A DNA stretch of 62,883 bases, filler included, from Craspedostauros australis (taxonomy: Eukaryota): the NCBI GenBank assembly GCA_030167865.1. It is 19 parts of 19 records of this genome, joined end to end, with 100 filler letters (N's around TTAATTAATTAA, not from the genome) between each part and the next. Parts side by side here need not be neighbours in the genome. Positions count along the whole stretch, not along the records: positions 1 to 1,672 come from JALAGF010001299.1; positions 1,773 to 6,206 come from JALAGF010001300.1; positions 6,307 to 7,947 come from JALAGF010001301.1; positions 8,048 to 12,967 come from JALAGF010001302.1; 15 more parts are not named here. The stretch is one strand, 5' to 3'. The notes beneath the pieces were generated by a model that was not told where the DNA came from, did no database searches, and was given only the letters and a program-made list of their open reading frames with translations. Below, one piece after another: positions 1-11,400 of this stretch. The position numbers were made by a program, and so were the translations under genes. Every line of letters starts with the position of its first letter. Position 1 is the first letter of the stretch.

Positions 1-904
1 GACGCACTTGTAGGATCTGGTCTTGGACTTGGTGCGATCGCCGAGCGTGTTGAGGCACATCTCGTTGGCCTTGGAGACGAAGCTCATGGAAGATTTGCTA
101 TCCTCATCCTCCACCGAGATGGAGGGATCGTCTGCCATGTTCATTTCTCTTTGGGTTGTGGTGCGCTGTGGTGCATTGCGGTGCATTGTGATGCGTTGTG
201 ATGCGTTGTGATGCGTTGGAATTGTCACGGTCGCACAAGCAGGAATGCGTGACCGTAACGGTACAACCCACCAACTGAGGCACGAGCGGCGATCGGTCAA
301 TTGATCGACGCAATGAGAGATGCCAGTTGNNNNNNNNNNNNNNNNNNNNNNNNNNNNNNNNNNNNNNNNNNNNNNNNNNNNNNNNNNNNNNNNNNNNNNN
401 NNNNNNNNNNNNNNNNNNNNNNNNNNNNNNNNNNNNNNNNNNNNNNNNNNNNNNNNNNNNNNNNNNNNNNNNNNNNNNNNNNNNNNNNNNNNNNNNNNNN
501 NNNNNNNNNNNNNNNNNNNNNNNNNNNGTGTTGACTTGTTTCTTGTCTTTGTTTGTCCAAGTCTGTCTCTTTGGATGGCTCGTGCGTTGAGATTCTCAAC
601 GAAGCCTTCGAGCCAACGTGCCAAGTTTTATTCAGCAGATATGGCGTCTGTCCGGATACCGCAATCACAATCGACAATATTGATTCAGTTTCATTGGCGC
701 CAAAGAGTTCAAAGGACGTTCTGGAGGATACCTTCGACGAAACAAACTGTAAAAATTGTGAAATCGAATAAAAAACGCTGGAACGGCGACCGTTGAAATG
801 GATCGAAACAGTGCAGGAAACAAAAAAGTGGGAGAAAAGCAAGAGGTCGCGACAAGGGCAACACCAGAGCGACGGAGGAGGTAACTGTGTGCAGATGACG
901 TTGT

Positions 905-1213
905 TCAGACAGAGTCATGAGGTTGCTCAGGGTTAGAGTTAGGGCTGGGGTTCTGGCTTGGGTTAGGGTTAGGGATCGAGGGAAGCAGTTGCTCAGGGCT
1001 AGAGTTAGGGTTAGGGTTGGGGTTCCGGTTGGGGTTGGGGTTGGGGTTAGGGTTCCGGCTGGGGTTTCGGCAACTTGGGAGAGACGAGGGAGGCAACTGC
1101 ATGTGGCTGACATTACTCAGACAGAGCCATGAAGTTATTCAATGTTAGGGTTAGGGATGGGATTAGGGGGCCAGAGGGTCAAGACCTGGATTAGATATGT
1201 GTGGGTTGGGGTT
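905..1213 (+). repeat. Degenerate telomere-like (TTAGGG/TTGGGG) G-rich repeat tract
   Basis: Many GGGTTA/GGGGTT hexamers; GTTGCTCAGGG(T/C)TAGAGTTAGGG occurs twice; TCAGACAGAGYCATGARGTT occurs at 905 and 1117. Confidence 0.75.
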
Positions 1214-1672
1214 GCCACTGCGTACAGGACTGTGGCGAGGGTGCTGTCCATTTCCATCTTGGCACCAGCAATTCACATCGTCCAATTCAGCGCTGCGCAA
1301 CTTGCATCGTATGCGTCTCATGCATTGCAGCCCCTGCAGCCCCCTTGCTACCACTCTGACATACCAGACAGGAGGAAGAGGAACAAGGACTGTGCCTACC
1401 ATCCTGGTTGACGGCCCATTGCACATCGCACCGCATCACAATATGATACATCATATCACTCTCCATGCAACAACAGTTTTGTGTTCACACCAACGATTCT
1501 GTGTGAGCACAAGGTAAAGTCACTCTCCGGAAATTCAAGAATCGCGAACAAAGCCCAAACGACGGAAGAAAAAAGACTGTTTTGGGACGAATGACCACTG
1601 CGACTAAATTGAAGCGTCAATGAGCACTTTGGCGTCTGTGCGTTATTCACCTAATACGTAGATTTGACATGA

Positions 1673-1772
1673 NNNNNNNNNNNNNNNNNNNNNNNNNNNN
1701 NNNNNNNNNNNNNNNNTTAATTAATTAANNNNNNNNNNNNNNNNNNNNNNNNNNNNNNNNNNNNNNNNNNNN
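1673..1772. other. Artificial contig linker (N-run + TTAATTAATTAA + N-run); first of 18
   Basis: The same 12-mer, with stops in all frames, lies at 1717, 6251, 7992, 13012, 14855, 17109, 19642, 22161, 26829, 28620, 30366, 32208, 35886, 41226, 52539, 55160, 58488 and 61745, always inside ~100-nt N blocks. Confidence 0.98.
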
Positions 1773-4700
1773 GGCTTCGTCTGGTTGATGATCCATCCCG
1801 TTGGGACAGTTCATGTAGATCTCCTCGTCGAGGTCTTCATGTAGGAATGCCGTTACAACATCGACAAGTGCGCAGTCCATCTTTTTGATCAGCATGATCA
1901 CCATCATGACCCGATAGGTCACGTCATGGATGACGGGTGAGTAATGCTCTTGGAAGTCTACTCCTGCGACTTGTGAATAGCCACATGCAACGAGTCGTGC
2001 TCGATGTGTGCCGTCGCGTTTCAACTTGAAGACCCATTTGCACTTGCAGCATCTGCAACCGCGTGGGATGGCGTCTCGTTTGATCTTGCTGTACACCTTG
2101 CGTGTGTCCATGGAGTCGAACTCCTTCTTGATGGCTGCTCGATATCCCTTGCGATGGATGGGATCTGGGTGATTGAAGGCTCCATTGAATGTCGTTGGTT
2201 CGATGTGCTTCTCTTGTTCCTTGTTCTCGTCTTGCATCGACAATCCGATGTCGATCGCTGGTGTCTCGGTGATGATTGCGTTCATCCCGTACAGTCCTGT
2301 TGTACTATGGTGAGTGATCTCGATCTCTTCTTCTTCGTCTTCGATCCCTTCATCATCTGTAGTTTCGTTGTTGGAATCGTCGATCATCTCGTCGCTGAGT
2401 TCGTCACTATCGTCATTGGATGATGACTTGCTCTCGTAGCCTTCTTCCTTTCGACCTCGTTCGTTGAAGTCTGCGAGCTCACGCAGAGCTCTGGGAATAC
2501 TCTTCCCTGTAGTTGACTTGGGATTAGTTTCTCCCTTCCTGCCTCGTGCTTCGTGACGTCGGATCCTCTCCTTTCTAGTTATGTCACGTTTGCTTGGCTT
2601 GCTCGGTGGAGGTCTGGATGGTGTACCATGTGTAGACCTCGCTGGTGTGTTCGGAGGAGTGACGCCTGTGTCATCGTCGGCTTCGTCGCCGGATGGTGCG
2701 ATTTCATCATCCTCATGATTGGATTTGCTCCGATCTTCCTCGTCGTTATGGATTAGTTGGGTTACTGCTCCATCGTCCTCGTTATCCTCATCGTCGCTGT
2801 CCGATAGGATGTAGTACCTGTTGCTGTCAGCGAAAGATACTCTTTTTGCTTCTGATGTTTGATGCGTTGCCGTCTTCGGCGTTGCTCCCTTCCGTCCGAT
2901 GGTTGTGAAGCCGTCTGCATCTGTTGTTCCTGCTTCGCTGGATATGTTCGGTGCTGGTGCCCAGCCACGGAACTGTCCGTACGATTGGTTGAGCCACTTG
3001 ATGTCGCGAGAGCAGACCAGTGACTTGGTCGATGGTCTGTACATGTTGTAGACCCCTGATGCATGTTGGTGTGCATATCCGATGAACACCATCTCTTCTC
3101 CTCTATTCTTGAGCTTGGCGGTAATCCCGCCATAGGTAGTCTTCACAACACCCACCTCTCCGAAAGTGCGGAGTGCATCTGCATATGGTGGATCGCTGCT
3201 GAAGAATTGGCGATGTGGTGACTCCTTCTGATTCTTCGCTACAGTGATGTTGGCGATGGCGGTGGCAGTGCTTGCAGCTGCTGCCCACAGGCCATGCCTA
3301 TACTCTTCGTCGAGTTGTGCTCCGTTGAGCATGGAACGGATCTTGGTATAGAGGTACGCAAACTTGCGTTCCACTCTGTTGTTCTGTTGCGGCGTGTTCG
3401 ATGCCGTGAATTCGAATTTCACATTGAGTCCTGCATCGATGAGAATATCCTGCGTGGATTTGTTCTCTCCGCTGTTGTCACCTCGGAAGATGATCTGTTG
3501 GTCACCAGTCTGTGACTTGATCGTTTGGATGAATCGTTTGATGTATCCTGGTTGATCACTTTTGTTCTTGAGGAAGAAACTCCAACAATGATCCGTGCAG
3601 TCGTCCACGATTAGGGTCCAGTAGCGTTTATCTCCGAAGCTTATGTGTTTAGTGTAACTAATGTCAATGAAGAACTGTTCGCCGCGGCGAGTCGCTCTTG
3701 GAATCGTTACCTTCGGAATGTTCTTCACTCTTGTGTTCGCGACCGCGCAGTCACGACATACCGGCATCTCGCCGATAATCTTCCATCCGTACTGAGCGGC
3801 TGTCCGCTTCATGGTCTCGAGTGGCGCGTGGCCGAGCATTCGATGCAAGTTCACCGCGCTGATTTCCTTGGATGGATTCTTGATGATGGCTGTGCAAGCC
3901 TTGTCGTCGTCTGTTGGCATGATGGGGTGCATCTGCACTCCTGTGATGAATCCGTTGGATGTGGGGAAGACTCGATCGAATACGATCTTCGTTCCGGATC
4001 CGTTGATGATGTCCATCAGAATGCCGTTGNTACCAAGCTGGTAACCGTTGTACAGAGCCTTGTTCGTGGAGAAAAGGTTCACCGCCATTTTTGGTGTGTA
4101 CTTCACGTCATCGAGCCGGATGATGTGGCCAGTGTTGTCTTGTTGCTTGACCTTCAAGCAAATGGATCCCATTTTGGGAGAGTCCAGCTTCGTGCTGTCT
4201 CCCACTTGGACGAAGGACTTGATGTGCCGCACGTTGAAGAGAGCAGTGTCTGAATTGACGATGTGACACGAAGCTCCGCTGTCAGCGAGCCAGGTGTCCT
4301 TGTTGACCTTGTCCTTGTGTTTGGTGCTCAGCTCGTGGAGCTGCTCCACGGCTGCTGTGGCCATCTCATCCATGAGGCCGTCTGCCTCTTCATCTTCATG
4401 CACTCCATCTTCGTTGGATAGATTATGATTCTCATCAGCTTCGTCGTCGCTTGGTAGTTCAGCGAAGTGCGCTGGGACTGTGCTGTTACGATGAACTCCG
4501 GTGACCGTGTCATACGGTGTGACGCGTGGTCGCTCGCGCAGGAGCACTTGCATGCATCCTCCAAGCACGTAGTGCAAGTCCAGTTCGGAGAGTTCTTCTT
4601 CTCCGTTTGCTTGCAGTAGTCTGTTGAGGATGGCTGCATTTGCGAGGATCTCCTCAATCGATTTGAAGTTATCGGATAGGATGGTGCTTACCATGTTCAC

Positions 4701-6206
4701 CCAAATGTATCGCAATGGTTCGTTCACGAACCCTGGGAACATCGGTAATGCAGCTGTTAGGACCGCGTCGTAGATGAGCTGCTTCTGCATTCGTTTTGCA
4801 GTGACCGTTGGTTCTGGGAAGGTTTGGAGTCGGTAGATGTTGTCGACTCTTCTGGGATTCGGCTCCGGTGGGAATTGGATTCGAATTGGGTAGACGACAG
4901 CTTCGTAGGGATTGAATGCATCGTTCGGACGGTCCTCAGCTTCGTCGTTGTCCTCTTCATCGAAGATGCCCGTTCTCTCGCTTCGCATTGCTGGGGGAGG
5001 CGGCGCCTCGCCGCGGTTCGCCCCGTCTCTGATGGTGTCGTCGTCGTCTCCATCTGCGCCGTCCTCGTCGGCGTCTTCGTCTGAGCCGTTCTCGTCGGCG
5101 TCTTCGTCGTCTTCGCTCATTGCCTCTTCGATGTCACTATCGTTGGCCTCGCTGTCCATCTCGGCTCCGTCGTCGTATGAACCGATCAGGTCGTGCGCGT
5201 TGAAGCAGCATTCGTAGCTTACTTCGCGTCTTGGATCCACCTCGTGGATGATTGACTCCTCGATGAGCCACTCCGGAACGATCTCATCGTCCTGCACTTC
5301 GTCCTCACTCCCGACGCATTCAAAGTTATCGAAGAAGGAGTCTTCAATGTAGTTGTCGGACATCAACATGCAGAGTGGCATGTCCTTTGCAGAGAGTACC
5401 ATCTCGTGCCCGCTCTTGTCGTGTCCTTGTGTTGCTGTGTTGGCCTGTTCGTCGGCCTTCTTCTTCTCGTTGAACTTCTTCTTTCGGCACTCCGCCTCGC
5501 GGTGTCCGAAGATGCCACAGTAGTTGCACTTCCTGTTGAAGTCACTTCCTTTGTTGCGGTTGTTGTTGCGCTTTCCGTTCATTTTGTTGTTGTTGTTGTT
5601 GTTGTTTTTCTTTTTGTTCGATTTCTTGCGTTCTGGACAATCGGCGGATCTATGGCCATACACGCCACAGTTGTGACAAGTACCCTTGAAGTTGCTGGTG
5701 CTTGTGAAGCCGGTGTCGTTGCTCTTCGTGTTGCTGTCTTGGAAGTCGTCGACGTATGCTTTGCCTCCTCTGTGAGTGGCGTATGCAGTNNNNNNNNNNN
5801 NNNNNNNNNNNNNNNNNNNNNNNNNNNNNNNNNNNNNNNNNNNNNNNTGTTGGAAGTTCACGACGTGAGTTCTGTATTCGTTGCTCACCGTGCTGAGGAT
5901 TTGCATGATCATTTCCTCGTCCGTGATCTCGTACTTGACATCATGGAGACGCGATCATAGACTCTCGAGTTGCGTGATGTAGATGTCGGGGTCCGTGTCT
6001 CTCTTCATCTTTTCGTTGTTGAATTGGCGCTTGAGTTTGATCTTCGTCACCGCATCGGATGGTCGGAACTTCTCCGCGAGAACGTTCCACGCTCCATGTG
6101 CGTCTCCTTCGGGGTATTCGTTGGAGATGCATTGGTTGATGTACTGGATGGCCTGCTTGCCTTTTCCTTTCTCTGCATCCATCATGAGGATCAGATCGCT
6201 GAAGCA
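1773..6206 (-). mobile_element. Ty1/copia LTR retrotransposon copy 1, internal region (gag-PR-IN-start of RT), with an in-frame TGA in gag at 5955-5957
   Basis: Two CCHC knuckles (CHNCGVYGHRSADC, CNYCGIFGHREAEC); protease WLADSGAS; integrase HRMLGH...CRDC, IDIS, GDNSGE, PQQN.VER; RT CKWVFKLK...ARLVACGYSQ; order PR-IN-RT is copia. Confidence 0.96.
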
Positions 6207-6307
6207 NNNNNNNNNNNNNNNNNNNNNNNNNNNNNNNNNNNNNNNNNNNNTTAATTAATTAANNNNNNNNNNNNNNNNNNNNNNNNNNNNNNNNNNNNNN
6301 NNNNNNG

Positions 6308-7947
6308 ACTATCATTCAAGAGGGTCTGCCGGTACACTTTCAATCGTCGCCGCCAAGCTACACTCAACCGCAACGCAACGCCAACGATCCCCACATTCGA
6401 GACATGACGGCAGCCAAGCTGTGCAAGGTCCGACAAAAGCGATACATCATCCCAGGCACTGTTCACTCCCTCACTTCGTTCTTCGGGGTACCGAAGGGAG
6501 AGACCGACATCCGCATGGTGTATGATGCAACTGCAAGTGGCCTCAACGACGCTGTCTGGGTGCCTGGGTTCCCACTCCCGACTCTGGACACTCNNNNNNN
6601 NNNNNNNNNNNNNNNNNNNNNNNNNNNNNNNNNNNNNNNNNNNNNNNNNNNNNNNNNNNNNNNNNNNNNNNNNNNNNNNNNNNNNNNNNNCGGTGTCGAC
6701 ATCACACACTATCTGACTGAAGAGGACCCCAAGGCTGGTAACAAGCTTGTTTGGGAGCGATGGGACCGGGCAGCAATGGGCTTACAGTCTTCGCCTTATC
6801 AAGCTGTCCAAGCCATGCTCTTTGCCAAAGAAGCTATCCTGGGGTCCCACACTGATCCGCTCAACATGTTCCAATGGAGCCAAGTCCGGCTGAACCTCCC
6901 TGGATCGGTGAACTACAATCCATCTCTTCCTTGGGTTTCGAAACTGGACACCAATGGCAACATTGCAGCAGATGCCTTCATCTACGTGGACGATGTCCGT
7001 CCTACTGGAGGCTCACAAGACATCTGCTGGCGAGCTACCAAGCGAGTGGGACACATGCTGGCCTACCTCGGTATTCAGGACGCGGCCAGAAAGCGTCGAG
7101 CTGCTGCCAGGACCCCTGGTCCTTGGACTGGGGCAGTGGTGGTGGCCCATGACTCAGGTGTGTACGCCACGGCAACACAAGAAAAATGGGACAAGGGCTG
7201 CGATCAGGTGGCCTCTGTCCTGGCAGATCTTGTGAAGAGTGACACCATCGAGCGAAAGAAGCTGGAACGCATACGAGGATTCTTGAACTACCTTTGTCAG
7301 ACCTACAAGCCAATGACACCCTACCTGATTGGATTCCACCTCACCATAGATGGATGGAGAGAAGGAAGGGATGCAGACGGCTGGAGAATCCTCAACTACA
7401 TCAATCAGACAACATCAACACATGTCGCAACAGGTGATGCCACTCCTCCACCTGAGTACGTCAAGCCTGCTCCGCGTCTTGCTTCCGACCTTGAGGCTCT
7501 TCATCAGTTCTTCGCACCATCAGAGCCACCACTTCGTCTTATGCGGCCTGGTCATTCCATTCAAGCCTGGTACGGTTTTGCAGATGCATCACAAGCCGGA
7601 TTTGGCGCTTCCCTTCAGATTGGCAATGACATTGCCTTCCAGTACGGCGAATGGACCTCAGAAGAAAATGAAGCCAGCACATCAAACTGGCGTGAGCTCA
7701 AGAACTTGGTCGAAGCCTTGAAAGAATGGACTGCCAAGTTCAAGCTGGAAGGGAGCGAGGTGTTCCTCTTCACGGATAACTCCACAGCTGAGAGTGCGTT
7801 TTGGAAGGGAAATTCAACTTCCAAACGCTTGGCGGACCTGGTGCTCGAGATGAGACTGCTTGAAATGAGGTCAAACATGATCTTGCACGTCATACATGTC
7901 AGTGGAGATCGGATGATACTTCAAGGCACAGACGGATTGTCTCGGGC
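6308..7947 (+). mobile_element. DIRS/Ngaro-like (tyrosine-recombinase retrotransposon) RT-RNase H ORF, partial at both ends
   Basis: Open frame across the contig; RT motifs FFGVPK, IRMVYD, MGLQSSP, YVDD; DIRS-type RNase H GFADAS..GFG, SNWREL, FTDNSTA, HVSG...DGLSR. Confidence 0.85.
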
Positions 7948-8047
7948 NNNNNNNNNNNNNNNNNNNNNNNNNNNNNNNNNNNNNNNNNNNNTTAATTAAT
8001 TAANNNNNNNNNNNNNNNNNNNNNNNNNNNNNNNNNNNNNNNNNNNN

Positions 8048-8342
8048 TGAACGGAGTGTCGAATGCGGAGCACGCATCGAACACGGAGTATCGTGTAGCA
8101 TGAAAACACGATGTTGAGAGAGAGAGAGAGAATACAGAGAGGAGCGAGAGAGGATCTCGCGTACCGACTCATAGTCGGAGACCAAATCTACAAAACAGAT
8201 TGAAGCACCAAGAGCATCGGGCAAGACAACTGGTGTACACCAAGAGGATCGGAGTAGCCAAGTAATGAAATAGCAAGCAGACGACTATCAACCAACACCA
8301 TCTTCCACAATCGTAGGTTACCGTGAGCGGAACTTGCCAACA
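8048..8342 (+). repeat. 3' part of the 5' LTR of copia copy 2
   Basis: Matches the LTR copies at 26885-27252, 27309-28109 and 28676-28937; all end GGAACTTGCCAACA; gag follows. Confidence 0.9.
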
Positions 8343-8424
8343 CGTTTATAAACGATAGATCAGGGCGAGCCCGCGGATCGGATCGTGCGAGGAAGACGAA
8401 CATCATTCAGGAACAGCAGACTGA

Positions 8425-11400
8425 ATGAGCGAGGAAGAGGAATTGAGAGACATCCCTCTGTCCAACCCGACTATCAAGAGACAAGAAGGTGCAAGTGAGA
8501 CTCCACCACGACAAGAGAAGGAAGCAGCCGCGGCTACTGTCCTATCAGGCGCAGACGCAAGCGCGATCAACGAGACCAAAGAAGAATGGTCTGCAAGACT
8601 ACACCGTGAGGAGAAGAGCATTCTCAAGACGGTCAAGCAAGAGGAGACTGGTGTGACGGAGAGCATTCGCACAGCCAAACAGAGTGGTAAAAGTGAGACA
8701 CCACCAGGAGGAGAATTTGTGAGCAAATCAATCCTCGCGAAACAACAAACGAAAATCGAAGAATCGGCAACACAGAAACCGACGGAAATCAAGGGCGCGA
8801 GCGCACCAACAACGAAACAACGAATCAACATGGNNACATCAGCCAACATGAACAAGCGACGCATCAAGGCGCCAATGTTCAGCGGTGAACAGGAAGACTA
8901 CAGCGCATGGGAGTCCCAAGCAAAGGCATACGCTCGTGCACAGAAAACGAGAGACGTGATGTTGGGTAAGACCAAGGTGCCAACAGTGAAGGAGATCGCG
9001 GCAGCCGCCGATAAAGCCAAGGAAGCGATGGAGGAGATCTACAAGCTGGGATGCGACTGCTTCAGCGATCTGATCCTCATGATGGATGCAGAGAAAGGAA
9101 AAGGCAAGCAGGCCATCCAGTACATCAACCAATGCGTCTCCGACGATTACCCCGAAGGAGATCCACACGCAGCGTGGAACGTTCTCGCGGAGAAGTTCCG
9201 TCCATCCGACGCAGCGACGAAGATCAAGCTCAAGCGTCAGTTCAACAACAAAAAGATGAAGAGAGACACGGACCCCGACATCTACATCACACGACTCGAG
9301 GGTCTACAATCGCGTCTCCACGATGTCAAATACGAAATCTCGGACGAGGAAATGATCATGCAAATCCTCAGCACGGTGAGCAACGAGTACAGAACTCACA
9401 TCGTGAACTTCCAACACCAACTCACGTTCAATCCAGAGCTGGTCACCATCAACGCGATCAGAGGAGTACTCCGCACAGCATACGCCACTCATCAAGGAGG
9501 CAAGGTGTACATCGACGACTTCCAAGACAGTAACACAAAGAGCAACGACACCGGCTTCACGAATACCGGTAACTTCAAGGGTACTTGTCACAACTGTGGC
9601 ATGTATGGTCACAGATCCGCCGATTGCCCAGAACGCAAGAAATCGAACAACAAGAAAAACAACAACAAGATGAACGGAAAGCGCAACAACAACCGCAACA
9701 AAGGAAGCGGCTTCAACAGGAAGTGCAACTACTGTGGCATCTTCGGACGCCGCGAGGCGGAGTGCCAAAAGAAGAAGTTCAACGAGAACAAGAAGGCCAA
9801 CGAACAAGCCAACACAGCAACGGAAGGACACGACAAGAGCGGGCACGAGATGGTACTCTCGGCAAAGGACATGCCGCTCTGCATGTTGGTGTCCGACGAC
9901 TACATCAAAGACTCCTTCTTCGATAACTTCGGTACGTCGGGAGTGACGACGAAGTGCAGGACGATGAGATTGTCCCGGAGTGGCTCAGCGAGGAGCCAAT
10001 CATCCACGAGGTGGATCCAAGACGCGAAGTGAGCTACGAATGCTGCTTCAACGCGCACGACCTGATCGGTTCATACGGCGACGAAGCCGAGATGGGCAAC
10101 GAGGCCAACGATAGCGACATCGAAGAGGCCATGAGCGAAGAGGCCGACGACGAGATCAACGACAATGATAGAGGCCGAGACGAAACGAACGGCGGCGCAG
10201 CACCGCCTCCTCCAGCGGCGGGGAACAACAGATCGGGTATCTTCGACGAAGATGACAGCGACGAAACCGAGGATCATCCGGACGACAGCTTCAACCCAAA
10301 CGAGCGTGTCGTCTACCCAGGGAACATCGACTTCCCACCTATTGAGGACCCCAACAACTCCAACTACCTCCACCGTCACAACACTGTTCCATATGCAACA
10401 GCAACAGCAACAGCATTGATAATCCAGAAGCAGCTCATCTTCGATGTTGTAATGGAAGCAGGGATGCGACTATTCCCAGGAGTCGCACAAGGAGTGCTCA
10501 GACCGATATGGGTGAACATGATGGGATCCATCCTATCCGAGAACTTCAAATCAATCGAAGAGATTCTCGCCAATTCGGTCGTCATCAACCGCATACTGGA
10601 AGCGGATGACACAGAGACGATCCCAGAGACGGATCTGCACTACATTCTTGGAGGATGCATGCACGTACTCTTACGCGAACGACCACGCGTCCACCCATAC
10701 GATCCAGTCACAGGATCACATCGTAACAGTACGACTCCATCGGACTACGCGCAGCTACCCGACAACACGGACGATGAGCATCACGAGAATCCATGGAACG
10801 AATATGGAGTTCACGTCGACGAAGAAGACAAAGACAACTTCATGGCCAATACAGCTGCAGCAACCGTGGAGCAGCTCCATGAGCTGAGCACCAGATACAA
10901 GGACAAGGTCAACAAGGACACCTGGCTCGCCGACAGTGGAGCTTCGTGTCACATCGTCAATTCGGACGCCGCTCTCTTCAACGTGCGGCACATCAAGTCC
11001 TTCGTCCAAGTGGGAGACAGCACGAAGCTGGACTCTCCCAAAATGGGATCCATTTGCTTGAAGGTCAAGCAACAAGACAACACTGGCCACATCATCCGGC
11101 TTGATGATGTGAAGTACACACCGAAAATGGCGGTGAACCTTTTCTCCACGAACAAGGCTCTGTACAACGGCTACCAGCTTGGTAACAACGGCATTTTGAT
11201 GGACATCATCAACGGATCCGGAACGAAGATTATGTTCGATCGAGTCTTCCCCACATCCAACAGATTCATCACGGGAGTGCAGATGCATCCCATCATGCCA
11301 ACGAATGACGACAAGGCTTGCACAGCCATCATCAAGAATTCATCCAAGGAGATCAGCGCGGTGAACTTGCATCGAATGCTTGGCCACGCGCCACTCGAGA

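Noticed and set aside
160..218. (GATGCGTTGT)n and similar short tandem tracts (43205-43232, 43518-43541, 56575-56612)
   Set aside because: Ordinary microsatellites with no spacers or structure
297..842. ORFs spanning N runs (also 28883-30373)
   Set aside because: Length inflated by unknown bases; 528-771 may be a gene tail but cannot be identified
5955..5957. Stop-codon readthrough in gag
   Set aside because: Copy 2 has a sense codon at this position, so this is an inactivating mutation
9925..10032. Programmed gag-pol frameshift in copia copy 2
   Set aside because: Copy 1 reads through in one frame (FDNFECVGSEDEVQ); copy 2 simply lacks one base near 9932 and has no slippery heptamer
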